Made by a program: the position numbers and the translations under genes. Below, piece after piece: positions 38,956 to 47,145 of a stretch of DNA of 64,000 nt. This DNA is from Deltaproteobacteria bacterium (GTDB lineage Bacteria; Myxococcota; Myxococcia; Myxococcales; 40CM-4-68-19), in assembly GCA_005879535.1 (NCBI GenBank), contig VBKI01000064.1, forward strand, positions 52,993-116,992, read 5' to 3'. Below the pieces are notes generated by a model. The model saw only the letters and a program-made list of their open reading frames with translations. It was not told where the DNA came from and did not search any database. Each line of letters starts with the position of its first letter. The stretch's first letter is position 1.

Positions 38956-40226
38956 AAGGCCGCATCCACCCCGCCTTCGTCGTCGCCGGCGCGGTCTTCG
39001 TCGTGCTGCTCTGCGCAGCCGCGGTGCGCGCCACGCCCTCGATCCTCATCGTTCCCCTCGAGCGCGAGTTCGGGTGGAGCCGCGCCCTGCTCTCCTCGGC
39101 CGTGTCGGTGAACCTGGTGCTCTACGGTCTCGTCGGCCCGTTCGCCGCCGCGCTCATGGAACGCTTCGGCATCCGGCGGACGGTCCTCGTCTCGCTGGCC
39201 CTGATCTGCGCGGGCGTGGCGTTCACCTCGCAGATGAGCGCGAGCTGGCAGCTGCTGCTCACCTGGGGCGTGCTGGTCGGGCTCGGCACCGGAACGACGG
39301 CGATGGTGCTCGGCGCGACCGTCGTGAACCGCTGGTTCGTCCGCCGCCGCGGCGCGGTCATGGGCGCGCTCACCGCCAGCACCGCGACAGGCCAGATGCT
39401 CTTCCTCCCGCTCGAGGCACACGTCGTCGAGCACCAGGGCTGGCGCGCCGTGACCATCCTGGTGGCCATCGTCATCGCCCTGCTGCTGCCCTTGGTGGCG
39501 CTGCTGGTCCGTGATCGCCCCGCGGACCTCGGGCTGCTTCCCTACGGCGCGTCTCCGGACACGCCGCCTCTCGTACCTTCCCGGCAGCATCCGGTAGGCA
39601 ACGCGCTGCGCGTCCTTCGCGAGAGCGCGCTCAAGCGCGATTTCTGGCTCCTCGCCGGCAGCTTCTTCGTCTGCGGCGCTTCCACCAACGGGCTCGTGGG
39701 CACGCACCTCGTCCCCGCCTGCATGGACCACGGCATCCCGGAGGTCCGCGCGGCGGGCCTGCTCGCGGTGATGGGCATCTTCGACCTGATCGGGACTACC
39801 GCCAGCGGCTGGCTCTCGGATCGGTTCGACTCCCGCAAGCTCCTCTGCTGCTACTACGGTTTCCGCGGCCTGAGCCTGCTCTGGCTCCCGCAAGCATTCG
39901 ACGCGCAGGTCCTCGGGCTTCCGGTGTTCGCGGTGTTCTACGGCCTCGACTGGATCGCCACCGTCCCTCCCACCGTCCGGCTGACGACGGAAGCGGTGGG
40001 CGTCCAGGACGCGCCCATCGCTTTCGGTTGGGTCGTGGCCTCGCACCAGGTCGGCGCGGGCGTCGGCGCGCTCGGAGCGGGCCTGATCCGATCGACGCTC
40101 GCCACGTACACTCCCGCCTGGGTCGCGGCAGGCACGATCTGCCTGGTGGCCGCGGCCGCCGTGCTCCGCATCGGACGGCGCGCGCCCGGCGTCGGCCTCG
40201 CGGCGATTGCGGCGCCACAGCCCTGA
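38952..40226 (+). CDS. MFS transporter
   Basis: The ATG overlaps the regulator's TGA (ATGA). About 12 hydrophobic segments. MFS loop motif LMERFGIRRTVL. Confidence 0.88.
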   Translation: MKGRIHPAFVVAGAVFVVLLCAAAVRATPSILIVPLEREFGWSRALLSSAVSVNLVLYGLVGPFAAALMERFGIRRTVLVSLALICAGVAFTSQMSASWQLLLTWGVLVGLGTGTTAMVLGATVVNRWFVRRRGAVMGALTASTATGQMLFLPLEAHVVEHQGWRAVTILVAIVIALLLPLVALLVRDRPADLGLLPYGASPDTPPLVPSRQHPVGNALRVLRESALKRDFWLLAGSFFVCGASTNGLVGTHLVPACMDHGIPEVRAAGLLAVMGIFDLIGTTASGWLSDRFDSRKLLCCYYGFRGLSLLWLPQAFDAQVLGLPVFAVFYGLDWIATVPPTVRLTTEAVGVQDAPIAFGWVVASHQVGAGVGALGAGLIRSTLATYTPAWVAAGTICLVAAAAVLRIGRRAPGVGLAAIAAPQP

Positions 40227-40297
40227 GGGGCGAAACGCGCCACCGATCGGAGTCGATATCAGGGACACCATACGTAAGGCGTAAGGTGCCCTCGAAT

Positions 40298-40865
40298 TCA
40301 CTCGAGCGGCACGTGCGCGGTCAGGCGGAAGACTCCAGTCAGTGCGCCGCTCCCTTGGAGGCCGTCGCGGCCGGCGACGCGAACGTCGAAGGCGAGCCCG
40401 CCGCCGAGGGACCAGAAGCGGGTCAGGAAATACTCGACCTCGAGGCCCACCCGTCCGTCGAGGCCATCGGAGCTGGAAAAGTTGGACGATCCGACGCCGA
40501 GATAGGGCGAGAGATCCATGCGGTCGTTGAGGGCGAGATTGAATCCCAGGGTCCCCAGCACACGGGTGATGCTCGGTGGTCCCGGACGGGGACAAGCCCA
40601 CCGACTTCTCCAAGCGCGCGCCGACCGAGACAAGACCGTACCGCAGACGCGCGTCGCCGCCCAGGAGGAGCGCGCCGTTGGGATGGTCTCCGGTGACCGG
40701 GGTGACGCCCCCCACCACCACACCGAGATCGACACCGGGATGCCCGCGGATCGGTTCGTCGAATGCCGCCGCGTGCCAGGAAGTCGTTGCGGCACAGATC
40801 AGGATGGTCAAGGCTGAGCGGAAGTGTCGGGGAGACCATCCACAGCGCGACGACGCGGTGTTCAT
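40298..40865 (-). pseudogene. Small outer-membrane beta-barrel (OmpW/porin-like) gene interrupted by a 1-nt frameshift (or assembly error)
   Basis: The N-terminal part (from ATG 40865: MNTASS..ALTILICAATTSWHAAAF..GVDLGVVVGG..RLRYGLVSVGARLEKSVG) is in one frame. The C-terminal part (ITRVLGTLGFNLALNDRMDLSPYLGVGSS..RVGLEVEYFLTRFWSLGGGLAFDVR..FRLTAHVPLE*) is in another. The span is 568 nt, which is 3n+1. The switch lies near the G/C runs at 40580-40592. Confidence 0.55.
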
Positions 40866-41006
40866 GTCCCCGCCTTCTAGGTGTCGCGGAGCGGAACGAT
40901 GCCTTCTCGCCACCAACCTAGCAGAGCGCGGCCGGTTTTGATTGGGCAGAGATCGCACCGCACCTCCGTAGACCCGTTTCGCGGTTCGCGCGTTGCGACC
41001 AGAAGC

Positions 41007-42197
41007 ATGACGAGCGTCCTCGCGATCCAGGATTCCACGGCGGAGTTGCAGCGCCGCGTTCTGCACCTCGACCCCGTCGGGCCGCTCGACGACGTCTGCG
41101 AAGGCGCGAACGATGATCAGAGCCTGCGGGAAGGAGGGGTATTCTGGGGTCGGTCTCCCGCCATGGCCGAGCTGCGGCGGCGGATCGTCGTCCTCGCCCG
41201 CAGCCCGCTGCCTCTGCTCATCGAAGGCGAGACGGGGACCGGAAAGAGCTTTCTTGCCGAGCACGTGATCCATGCCCGATCCGGCGCCAAGGGGCCGTTC
41301 GTCGTCACGGACCTCTCCACGATCCCGGACTCGCTGATGCCGGCGCACCTCTTCGGCGCAAGGCGCGGGAGCTACACCGGCTCCGTCGACGATCAGCCCG
41401 GCGTTTTCGAGCAAGCGCATGAGGGAACGCTGTTTCTCGACGAGATCGCCAACCTCGATCCGGACACGCAGCGCCGGCTCCTGCTCGTGGTCGAGCGCGG
41501 AGCGGTGACGCGCCTCGGGGATTCCCGGGCGCGACCCGCCGCGCCCCGCGTCGTCGCGGCGACCAACCTCGACCTCGCGCAGCTCGTCCGTGAAGGCCGC
41601 TTCCGCCACGATCTTTACATGCGCCTGAACCCGGCGACGCGGGTCCGGGTCCCCGCGCTGCGCGAACGGAAGGACGATCTGCCAGACCTGATCCGGTTCG
41701 CGTTTGCGGAAGCGGCCCGCCAAGAGGCGCTCGCGGTCTTCGTACCGGAGCGCGCGCTGCAGCGCCTCGTCGCATACCCCTGGCCCGGCAACCATCGTGA
41801 GCTGAAGCACTTCGCGGTCAACGCCCTGGTATTCTCGCTGGCGACGCACCGAGGCAACGCGCACGCCGGCCGCGGGATCGTCACCGTGGGCGAAGCGGTC
41901 GTCGACGAAGTCCTCGAGAACGTCCCTGCGCCGCCGGCTCCCTTCCCACCGGCTGTCGCGGGCGCGCCCGGAGAGCGGCGCATCGAGGTCGCGGTCCGGG
42001 CCGGCAGGACGTTCGCCGAGATCTCCGCCGACGTCGAGCGGCAGTACCTCAGTGCGCTGTTTCATGCGCACGGGGGCAATCTCGACCGCATCGCCGTCGA
42101 GCTCTTTGGCCCCGGCGCGAACCGGCGCAAGGTGCACCTGAGAATGAACCAGCTCGGGCTGCGCGTGCGCGGACTGCGCGGAGAGCTCAGCTCCTGA
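41007..42197 (+). CDS. AAA+ bacterial enhancer-binding-protein-like regulator lacking a sensory domain
   Basis: Walker A LLIEGETGTGKSFLA and Walker B GTLFLDEIANL, then RVVAATNLDL and RFRHDLYMRLN, with a C-terminal Fis-type HTH (GGNLDRIAVELFG). The GAFTGA position reads GSYTGS. Only about 50 aa precede the AAA+ core. Confidence 0.85.
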   Translation: MTSVLAIQDSTAELQRRVLHLDPVGPLDDVCEGANDDQSLREGGVFWGRSPAMAELRRRIVVLARSPLPLLIEGETGTGKSFLAEHVIHARSGAKGPFVVTDLSTIPDSLMPAHLFGARRGSYTGSVDDQPGVFEQAHEGTLFLDEIANLDPDTQRRLLLVVERGAVTRLGDSRARPAAPRVVAATNLDLAQLVREGRFRHDLYMRLNPATRVRVPALRERKDDLPDLIRFAFAEAARQEALAVFVPERALQRLVAYPWPGNHRELKHFAVNALVFSLATHRGNAHAGRGIVTVGEAVVDEVLENVPAPPAPFPPAVAGAPGERRIEVAVRAGRTFAEISADVERQYLSALFHAHGGNLDRIAVELFGPGANRRKVHLRMNQLGLRVRGLRGELSS

Positions 42198-45189
42198 GCG
42201 ACGCGATGAGCAAGGCGACCGGCAAGGTGGAAAAAAGCTGATCCACGGGCAGCCCCCGTTCGGTCGCGACGCGTTCCTCGCCGGTGAACGTATCTCGCAG
42301 CGCGGTCCCTGGTTGCAAGCCGGGCACCGGCACGAACGTGCCGGCGTACCGTTCGGGTGGAAGGCGCGCGCCGTTCAACAGCGACGCGACCATCCGCGGC
42401 GCGACGACGATGGCGACTTGTCCATGCCGGCCCGTTCGGGCAAACGCGCAGAGGTTCGCCGCGCGGGAACCTTCGGGCGCGAGCGGCTCGTATCCGCCGC
42501 CAGCGAACACGTCGGGGTGCGCCTTGCGCGCCTCGAGCGCCTGGTGCGTGAGAAAGAGCTTGATCCGGCCATCCTCCCAGCTCGCGTAGAGCTCGCGGGC
42601 GAGCTCGGCGCGCGACAAGGACGAGGCGCGAACCTCCTCGAGCACGCGGCTGCGCAGCCCGAAATCGACCGGACGGCGGTTGTCCGGATCCACGAGCGAG
42701 AGGTCCCACATCTCGGTGCCCTGGTAGAAGTCGGGGACCCCCGGCGAGGCGATCTTGAGCACCACCTGCGAGAGCGAGTTGTGCATGCCGATCTCGGAGA
42801 GCCGCTGCGCGAACGGCTGCAGTCCTTTCCAGATGGGATGGCGGAGCGGCAGAGTGAAAAGGCCCTCGACGTAGGCGCGAAGAGCGTCCTCCCACCGCTG
42901 GTCCTCCTGGATCCAGCTCGTATTGGTCTTCGCTTCCTTCGCCGCCTTGATCATGTACTGGACGAGCCGATCGCGCAGCGCGGGCAGCTCTTCGTTCCGC
43001 ATCGGCCATGCCCCGAGCAGCGTCTGCAACAGGAGCATCTGCTCGTTGCGATCGGGCGCGAAGCGGCCATCCACCTCGCGCCGCAGGCCCTCGGTCCTGC
43101 GGGCGAACGCGATCGCCGTCTTGCGCCAGTCTTCCGGCACCTCGGAGAGCGCGTCGATGCGGACGCGGATGTCCTCGCCCCGCTTGGTGTCGTGCGTCGC
43201 GGTGGCGAGGAGCGAGCGCGGCCACCGCTGCGCCCGCAGCCTGTTCTGCTCGTGGAAAGCCTCCACGGTGCTGCCGAAGTGCTCCGGCTCCCCTCCCACC
43301 TCGTTGAGCGAGACCAGCCGGTTGTAGACGTAGAAAGCAGTGTCCTCGAGCCCCTTCGCCATCACCGGCCCGAGCGCCTGCTGCAGCTTGAGCGCGAAGG
43401 CGTGCTGGGCGGGGCGCTCGCCCTCCTCCACGTAGGCCGCGAACTTCTGCAGGAGGATGCTGGCGATGAAATCGTAGATGCTCGCGTTCTCGGTCGGATT
43501 GCGCCGCTTGGCGCAGGCCACCGCGTCGAGGATGTAGTTTCGGTCCCGATCGTCGACGTGGCCGGGCTCCTCGATGTAGGGGCGGTACACCGGGAAGCAG
43601 GCGATCACCTCGATCAGGGCCGAGCGCAGCGCGTAGAGCGTGAAGTCGCGCGTCCACCGGTTGCCTTCCGAGATGCGGTTGAGCTGCCGGGCGAGCAGGT
43701 TCATCTCCGACGCCATCGCCGTGTAGAGGACGAGCTTCTTCTTCTGGTAGACGAGCTCGCCGAAATCGATCTCGCCATGGATGAACCGGGCGTAGATCTT
43801 CTGCAGCTTCTCCGCGTTCTCCCGGGCGACGAAGATCCCGTTCAGCGAGTTGAGGAAGTCGTAGCCGGTGGTGCCCGCCACCGCCCAACTCGTGGGCAGC
43901 GTTTCCGTCCGCCCGAGGATTTTCTCGGCGACCACGTAGAGCGGCCGCTCGAGCCGCGGATCGCGCGTCTGCTGCAGCTCCTCGCGAACCTCGGGCTCCA
44001 ACTCCTCCCAGCGGATGCCCCGCTGCTGCGCCCGCGCCCGCGCGCGCTGCAGGATGTGCGCCTCCTGCAGCAGCCGGAAATAGCGCCGCGGATACGCGAG
44101 CCCGTCCGGATGATCGATCCGCAGGCCGTTCACCCTGCCCTCCGCCAACAGACGCAGCGGCAGCCGGTGGGCGTGCTCGAAGACCTCGGCGTCCTCCATC
44201 TTCACGGCGGCGAGCGAATTGATGTCGAAGAAGCGGCGGTAGTTGATCTCCTCCGACGACACCCGCCAGTGGGCGAGCCGGTACGCCTGCGCGTCGAGCA
44301 GCTTGTCGAGCAGATCGAAGCTGCGCGGCTTCCCCGCCGTACCGTTGAAGATCCGCACGTTCTCTTCCAGATGCCTGCGCACCGCGGCGCTCGCCGCGCA
44401 GAGAGTCGCCACGCGCCGCTTGACCACTTCCTTCTCCCGCCGGCGCTCCTCCAGCCGCGCGGGATCCTTCTCGTGGCGGGACGGCATGTGCTCGAGCACG
44501 AAGAGGATGCTCTTCAGCTCGTCCAGGGCCTCGCTCCTCCCGAGCTTCTTCTCCAGGTCCTCGATCCGGTACCCGAGGATCTGCCCGTACGAGCGGGGAT
44601 TCACCGGGAAGAGATGGTCGTAGTAGCGGACGCGGAACGCGCCCTCGTGCAGCTCGAGCTGGATCTCGCCGCGCTCGAGCACGGCGCCGTATCGATCGCC
44701 GAGGACCGGCACCAGCACCTTGTCGGCGAGCTCCTCCTTGACCGGGTGCCATTCGACGTCGAAGAACTTCGCCGCCTGCGCGGAGGGGCCGTTCTCCAGC
44801 AAGTCGAGCCAGAGCGCGTTGCCGGACCCGAGCCCCATGTGGTTCGGCACGATGTCGAGCACGTGCCCGAGCCCCGCCTCGTGGAGCGCGGCCGAGAGCC
44901 TGTCGTATCCTTCCGCGCCGCCCAGCTCGACATTGATCGACCCGTGGTCGATCACGTCGTAGCCGTGGACCGAACCGGGAGCCGCCTGCAGGATCGGGCT
45001 CGTGTACAGGTCGGTGATCCCGAGGTCTGCGAGATAGCGAACGATCGAGGCCGCCGCGTCGAAGGTAAAATCCTTGTGGAGCTGAATCCGGTACGTGGTG
45101 ACAGGCTGGCGGGCAGCCGCCAGCTCGGCCGCTACCTCATCGAGCAGACGGCGGGCTTGTTCCCGCACGATTTCGCGCTGCACCCTCAT
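42187..45189 (-). CDS. treY: Malto-oligosyltrehalose synthase
   Basis: TYRIQLHKDFTFDAAASIVRYLADLGITDLYTSPILQAAPGSVHGYDVIDH...LDIVPNHMG, then GLRIDHPDGL. 1000 aa. Confidence 0.92.
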   Translation of the reverse strand: MRVQREIVREQARRLLDEVAAELAAARQPVTTYRIQLHKDFTFDAAASIVRYLADLGITDLYTSPILQAAPGSVHGYDVIDHGSINVELGGAEGYDRLSAALHEAGLGHVLDIVPNHMGLGSGNALWLDLLENGPSAQAAKFFDVEWHPVKEELADKVLVPVLGDRYGAVLERGEIQLELHEGAFRVRYYDHLFPVNPRSYGQILGYRIEDLEKKLGRSEALDELKSILFVLEHMPSRHEKDPARLEERRREKEVVKRRVATLCAASAAVRRHLEENVRIFNGTAGKPRSFDLLDKLLDAQAYRLAHWRVSSEEINYRRFFDINSLAAVKMEDAEVFEHAHRLPLRLLAEGRVNGLRIDHPDGLAYPRRYFRLLQEAHILQRARARAQQRGIRWEELEPEVREELQQTRDPRLERPLYVVAEKILGRTETLPTSWAVAGTTGYDFLNSLNGIFVARENAEKLQKIYARFIHGEIDFGELVYQKKKLVLYTAMASEMNLLARQLNRISEGNRWTRDFTLYALRSALIEVIACFPVYRPYIEEPGHVDDRDRNYILDAVACAKRRNPTENASIYDFIASILLQKFAAYVEEGERPAQHAFALKLQQALGPVMAKGLEDTAFYVYNRLVSLNEVGGEPEHFGSTVEAFHEQNRLRAQRWPRSLLATATHDTKRGEDIRVRIDALSEVPEDWRKTAIAFARRTEGLRREVDGRFAPDRNEQMLLLQTLLGAWPMRNEELPALRDRLVQYMIKAAKEAKTNTSWIQEDQRWEDALRAYVEGLFTLPLRHPIWKGLQPFAQRLSEIGMHNSLSQVVLKIASPGVPDFYQGTEMWDLSLVDPDNRRPVDFGLRSRVLEEVRASSLSRAELARELYASWEDGRIKLFLTHQALEARKAHPDVFAGGGYEPLAPEGSRAANLCAFARTGRHGQVAIVVAPRMVASLLNGARLPPERYAGTFVPVPGLQPGTALRDTFTGEERVATERGLPVDQLFSTLPVALLIASLRS

Positions 45190-45233
45190 TCCGCCGCCTC
45201 CCTGTGTGCGGGCGGCGGGGCATCAGGTTCCCG

Positions 45234-46772
45234 TCACCGCTTGCGGCCGTACCTCTCCGCAAGATGTGCAAGCTCCCGCGCCAGCGCCACGGGCCCGGGC
45301 GCGGAAAACAGCTCGGAAATCGACCAGGGCAGGCGAAACGTCCAGTTGTGTGTGCCCACGGTGCCCGGCGTGTTCATCCGGTCCTGCCAGCCGAGCGCAT
45401 CGGTGATCGGCGTCAGGAGCGCATCGCTGGAGGCGGAATACGCCAGCTCCAGCAGCGCCTTCCGGGTCTCGCCCGTGAATTGCTTCTCGTCGGGTCCGTG
45501 GAGACGCGCGAGCTGCGGCTGGCGGAGCTGATACTCGCGCTCCCGGTCTTCCAGGCCTTCCCACCAGCTCCGCAACGATTCGGTGTCGTGCGTGCCCGTC
45601 ACCGCCACCGATACGTGCGGGAAGCGCGTCACGTCGCGCGGCACGCCCCGGTCGTTTTCCCAGCGAAGCACCTTCGTTCCGGGAATCTCCTGCTCCGCCA
45701 ACGACGCGCGCACGAAGTTCGGCACCGTCCCGAGATCCTCCGCCAGCACTTCCGCTTTCTCGCCGAGGAGCGCCAGCACCCGCTCGCCCTGTTCGCGCTG
45801 CCGGGACTCGTCGGCGGGGATGAAAAAGGGCGTCCGCTTGTCGATGGGACGCGCATACGTCCGGTAGAGGCCGACGACGTGGTCGACGCGGAATGCGTCG
45901 TACAGCTCGGCCGCGCGCTCGGCGCGCTGGTGCAACCATGGATCGCCCGCCTCCCGCATCTCTTCCCACCGCGGCACCGGAAGACCCCAGTCCTGGCCCT
46001 CCGCGCTATAGGCGTCCGGCGGCACACCGACGGTGGCGTCGAAGCGGAAGAACCGCTGGAAGCTCCACACGTCCGCGGAATCCTCCGCGACCATGAAGGG
46101 CAGATCGCCGAGCACCTTGACGCCCTTGGCGTTCGCTTCGGCGCGTCCGGCCCGCCATTGCGAATCCGCGATCCACTGCACGTAGCAGAGCTCGTCGATC
46201 TGCTCGCGCAACCGACCGCGCGCCTGGTCCAGCGCCGCCGGGTCGCGATCGCGCAGGGGCGGCTCCCAGTCGCGCCAGCTCTTCTGCCGCTCTTCGTGCA
46301 GCGCGCGGTAGAGAGCCCAATCCTCGATCCACGCCGCGTGCTCCTGACGGAATTCGCGAAAAGCCCGATCGCGGTCGGTGCCGCGCTCGCGGTGGAAGAA
46401 CCGGCGGAAGGCGCGGCCCAAGGCATCCCGCTTGACGCGCCGGTAGTGCGCGAAATCGACGCGCGGCTCACGCCGCAGCCGCGAGAGCTCCGCTTCCTCG
46501 TCGGGCGCGAGCGCATCCAGGTCAGGGACGCCGTTCAGGTCGATGTAGACGGGCTCGAGCGCGAACGAGCTGCAAGCGGCATACGGACTGTCCTGCCCTG
46601 GCGACACTTCGTTGAACGGCAAGAGCTGCCAGAGCGTGCAGGCGGCGGTGAGCAGCCAGTCCGAGACGCGTCCGGCGTCCGCGTAGCTCCCGAGATCGCC
46701 GGCGCCACCCCGCACCGAGGAGAGAGGCAGGAGGAGTCCGGCCCGCCGACCGAGATGGAAGGTGTGAGCCAC
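45234..46772 (-). CDS. malQ: 4-alpha-glucanotransferase (amylomaltase, GH77)
   Basis: WQLLPFNEVSPGQDSPYAACSSFALEPVYIDL, then FRVDHVVGL, AEDLGTVP and TGTHDT motifs. Confidence 0.92.
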   Translation of the reverse strand: MAHTFHLGRRAGLLLPLSSVRGGAGDLGSYADAGRVSDWLLTAACTLWQLLPFNEVSPGQDSPYAACSSFALEPVYIDLNGVPDLDALAPDEEAELSRLRREPRVDFAHYRRVKRDALGRAFRRFFHRERGTDRDRAFREFRQEHAAWIEDWALYRALHEERQKSWRDWEPPLRDRDPAALDQARGRLREQIDELCYVQWIADSQWRAGRAEANAKGVKVLGDLPFMVAEDSADVWSFQRFFRFDATVGVPPDAYSAEGQDWGLPVPRWEEMREAGDPWLHQRAERAAELYDAFRVDHVVGLYRTYARPIDKRTPFFIPADESRQREQGERVLALLGEKAEVLAEDLGTVPNFVRASLAEQEIPGTKVLRWENDRGVPRDVTRFPHVSVAVTGTHDTESLRSWWEGLEDREREYQLRQPQLARLHGPDEKQFTGETRKALLELAYSASSDALLTPITDALGWQDRMNTPGTVGTHNWTFRLPWSISELFSAPGPVALARELAHLAERYGRKR

Positions 46773-46848
46773 GGAGCCCTTTTACCCGTCGTGAATTCGA
46801 TGGCAAGCGGCGATTGCGCGCAAGTTGCCGCTGCGATACAGCGGGCGC

Positions 46849-47145
46849 ATGCCGAAGAAGGCCACCACTGACCACGGCGAGATCATCCACTTCGCCGGCC
46901 GGCTCCGGCTCTTTCCCGTAGCATCCCGTACCGACGCGACGCAGGTCCGCCTCGCGTCCCGCGACGACGTCAAGGAGAGCGAAGTCCGGGTGGGTTGGCC
47001 GGCCTACTTCCGCCCGTTCATCGACCGCCGTCTCGTGTTCCTTTACGACGAGGCGGGCGGCCAGGCGGTGACCCACGCGGAGGCCGACGAGGCGATGGCG
47101 CAACAGCCCGCGGGGCCTGCCGGCGCGGCTTCGACCGCGACGTAG
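46849..47145 (+). CDS. Hypothetical small protein (98 aa); doubtful
   Basis: ORF with ATG at 46849 (MPKKATTDHGEIIHFAGRLRLFPV...). No recognised motif. Its last 128 nt overlap the convergent rnr 3' end. Confidence 0.3.
   Translation: MPKKATTDHGEIIHFAGRLRLFPVASRTDATQVRLASRDDVKESEVRVGWPAYFRPFIDRRLVFLYDEAGGQAVTHAEADEAMAQQPAGPAGAASTAT

Noticed and set aside
40262-40291. Weak hairpin (gggacacc/ggtgccc with one bulge, 15-nt loop) and a tandem cgtaagg-cgtaagg in the MFS/OMP convergent spacer.
   Set aside because: The stem is only 7 bp with a bulge and a large loop, and the 7-nt duplication has just two units. It is too weak to call a terminator or repeat family.
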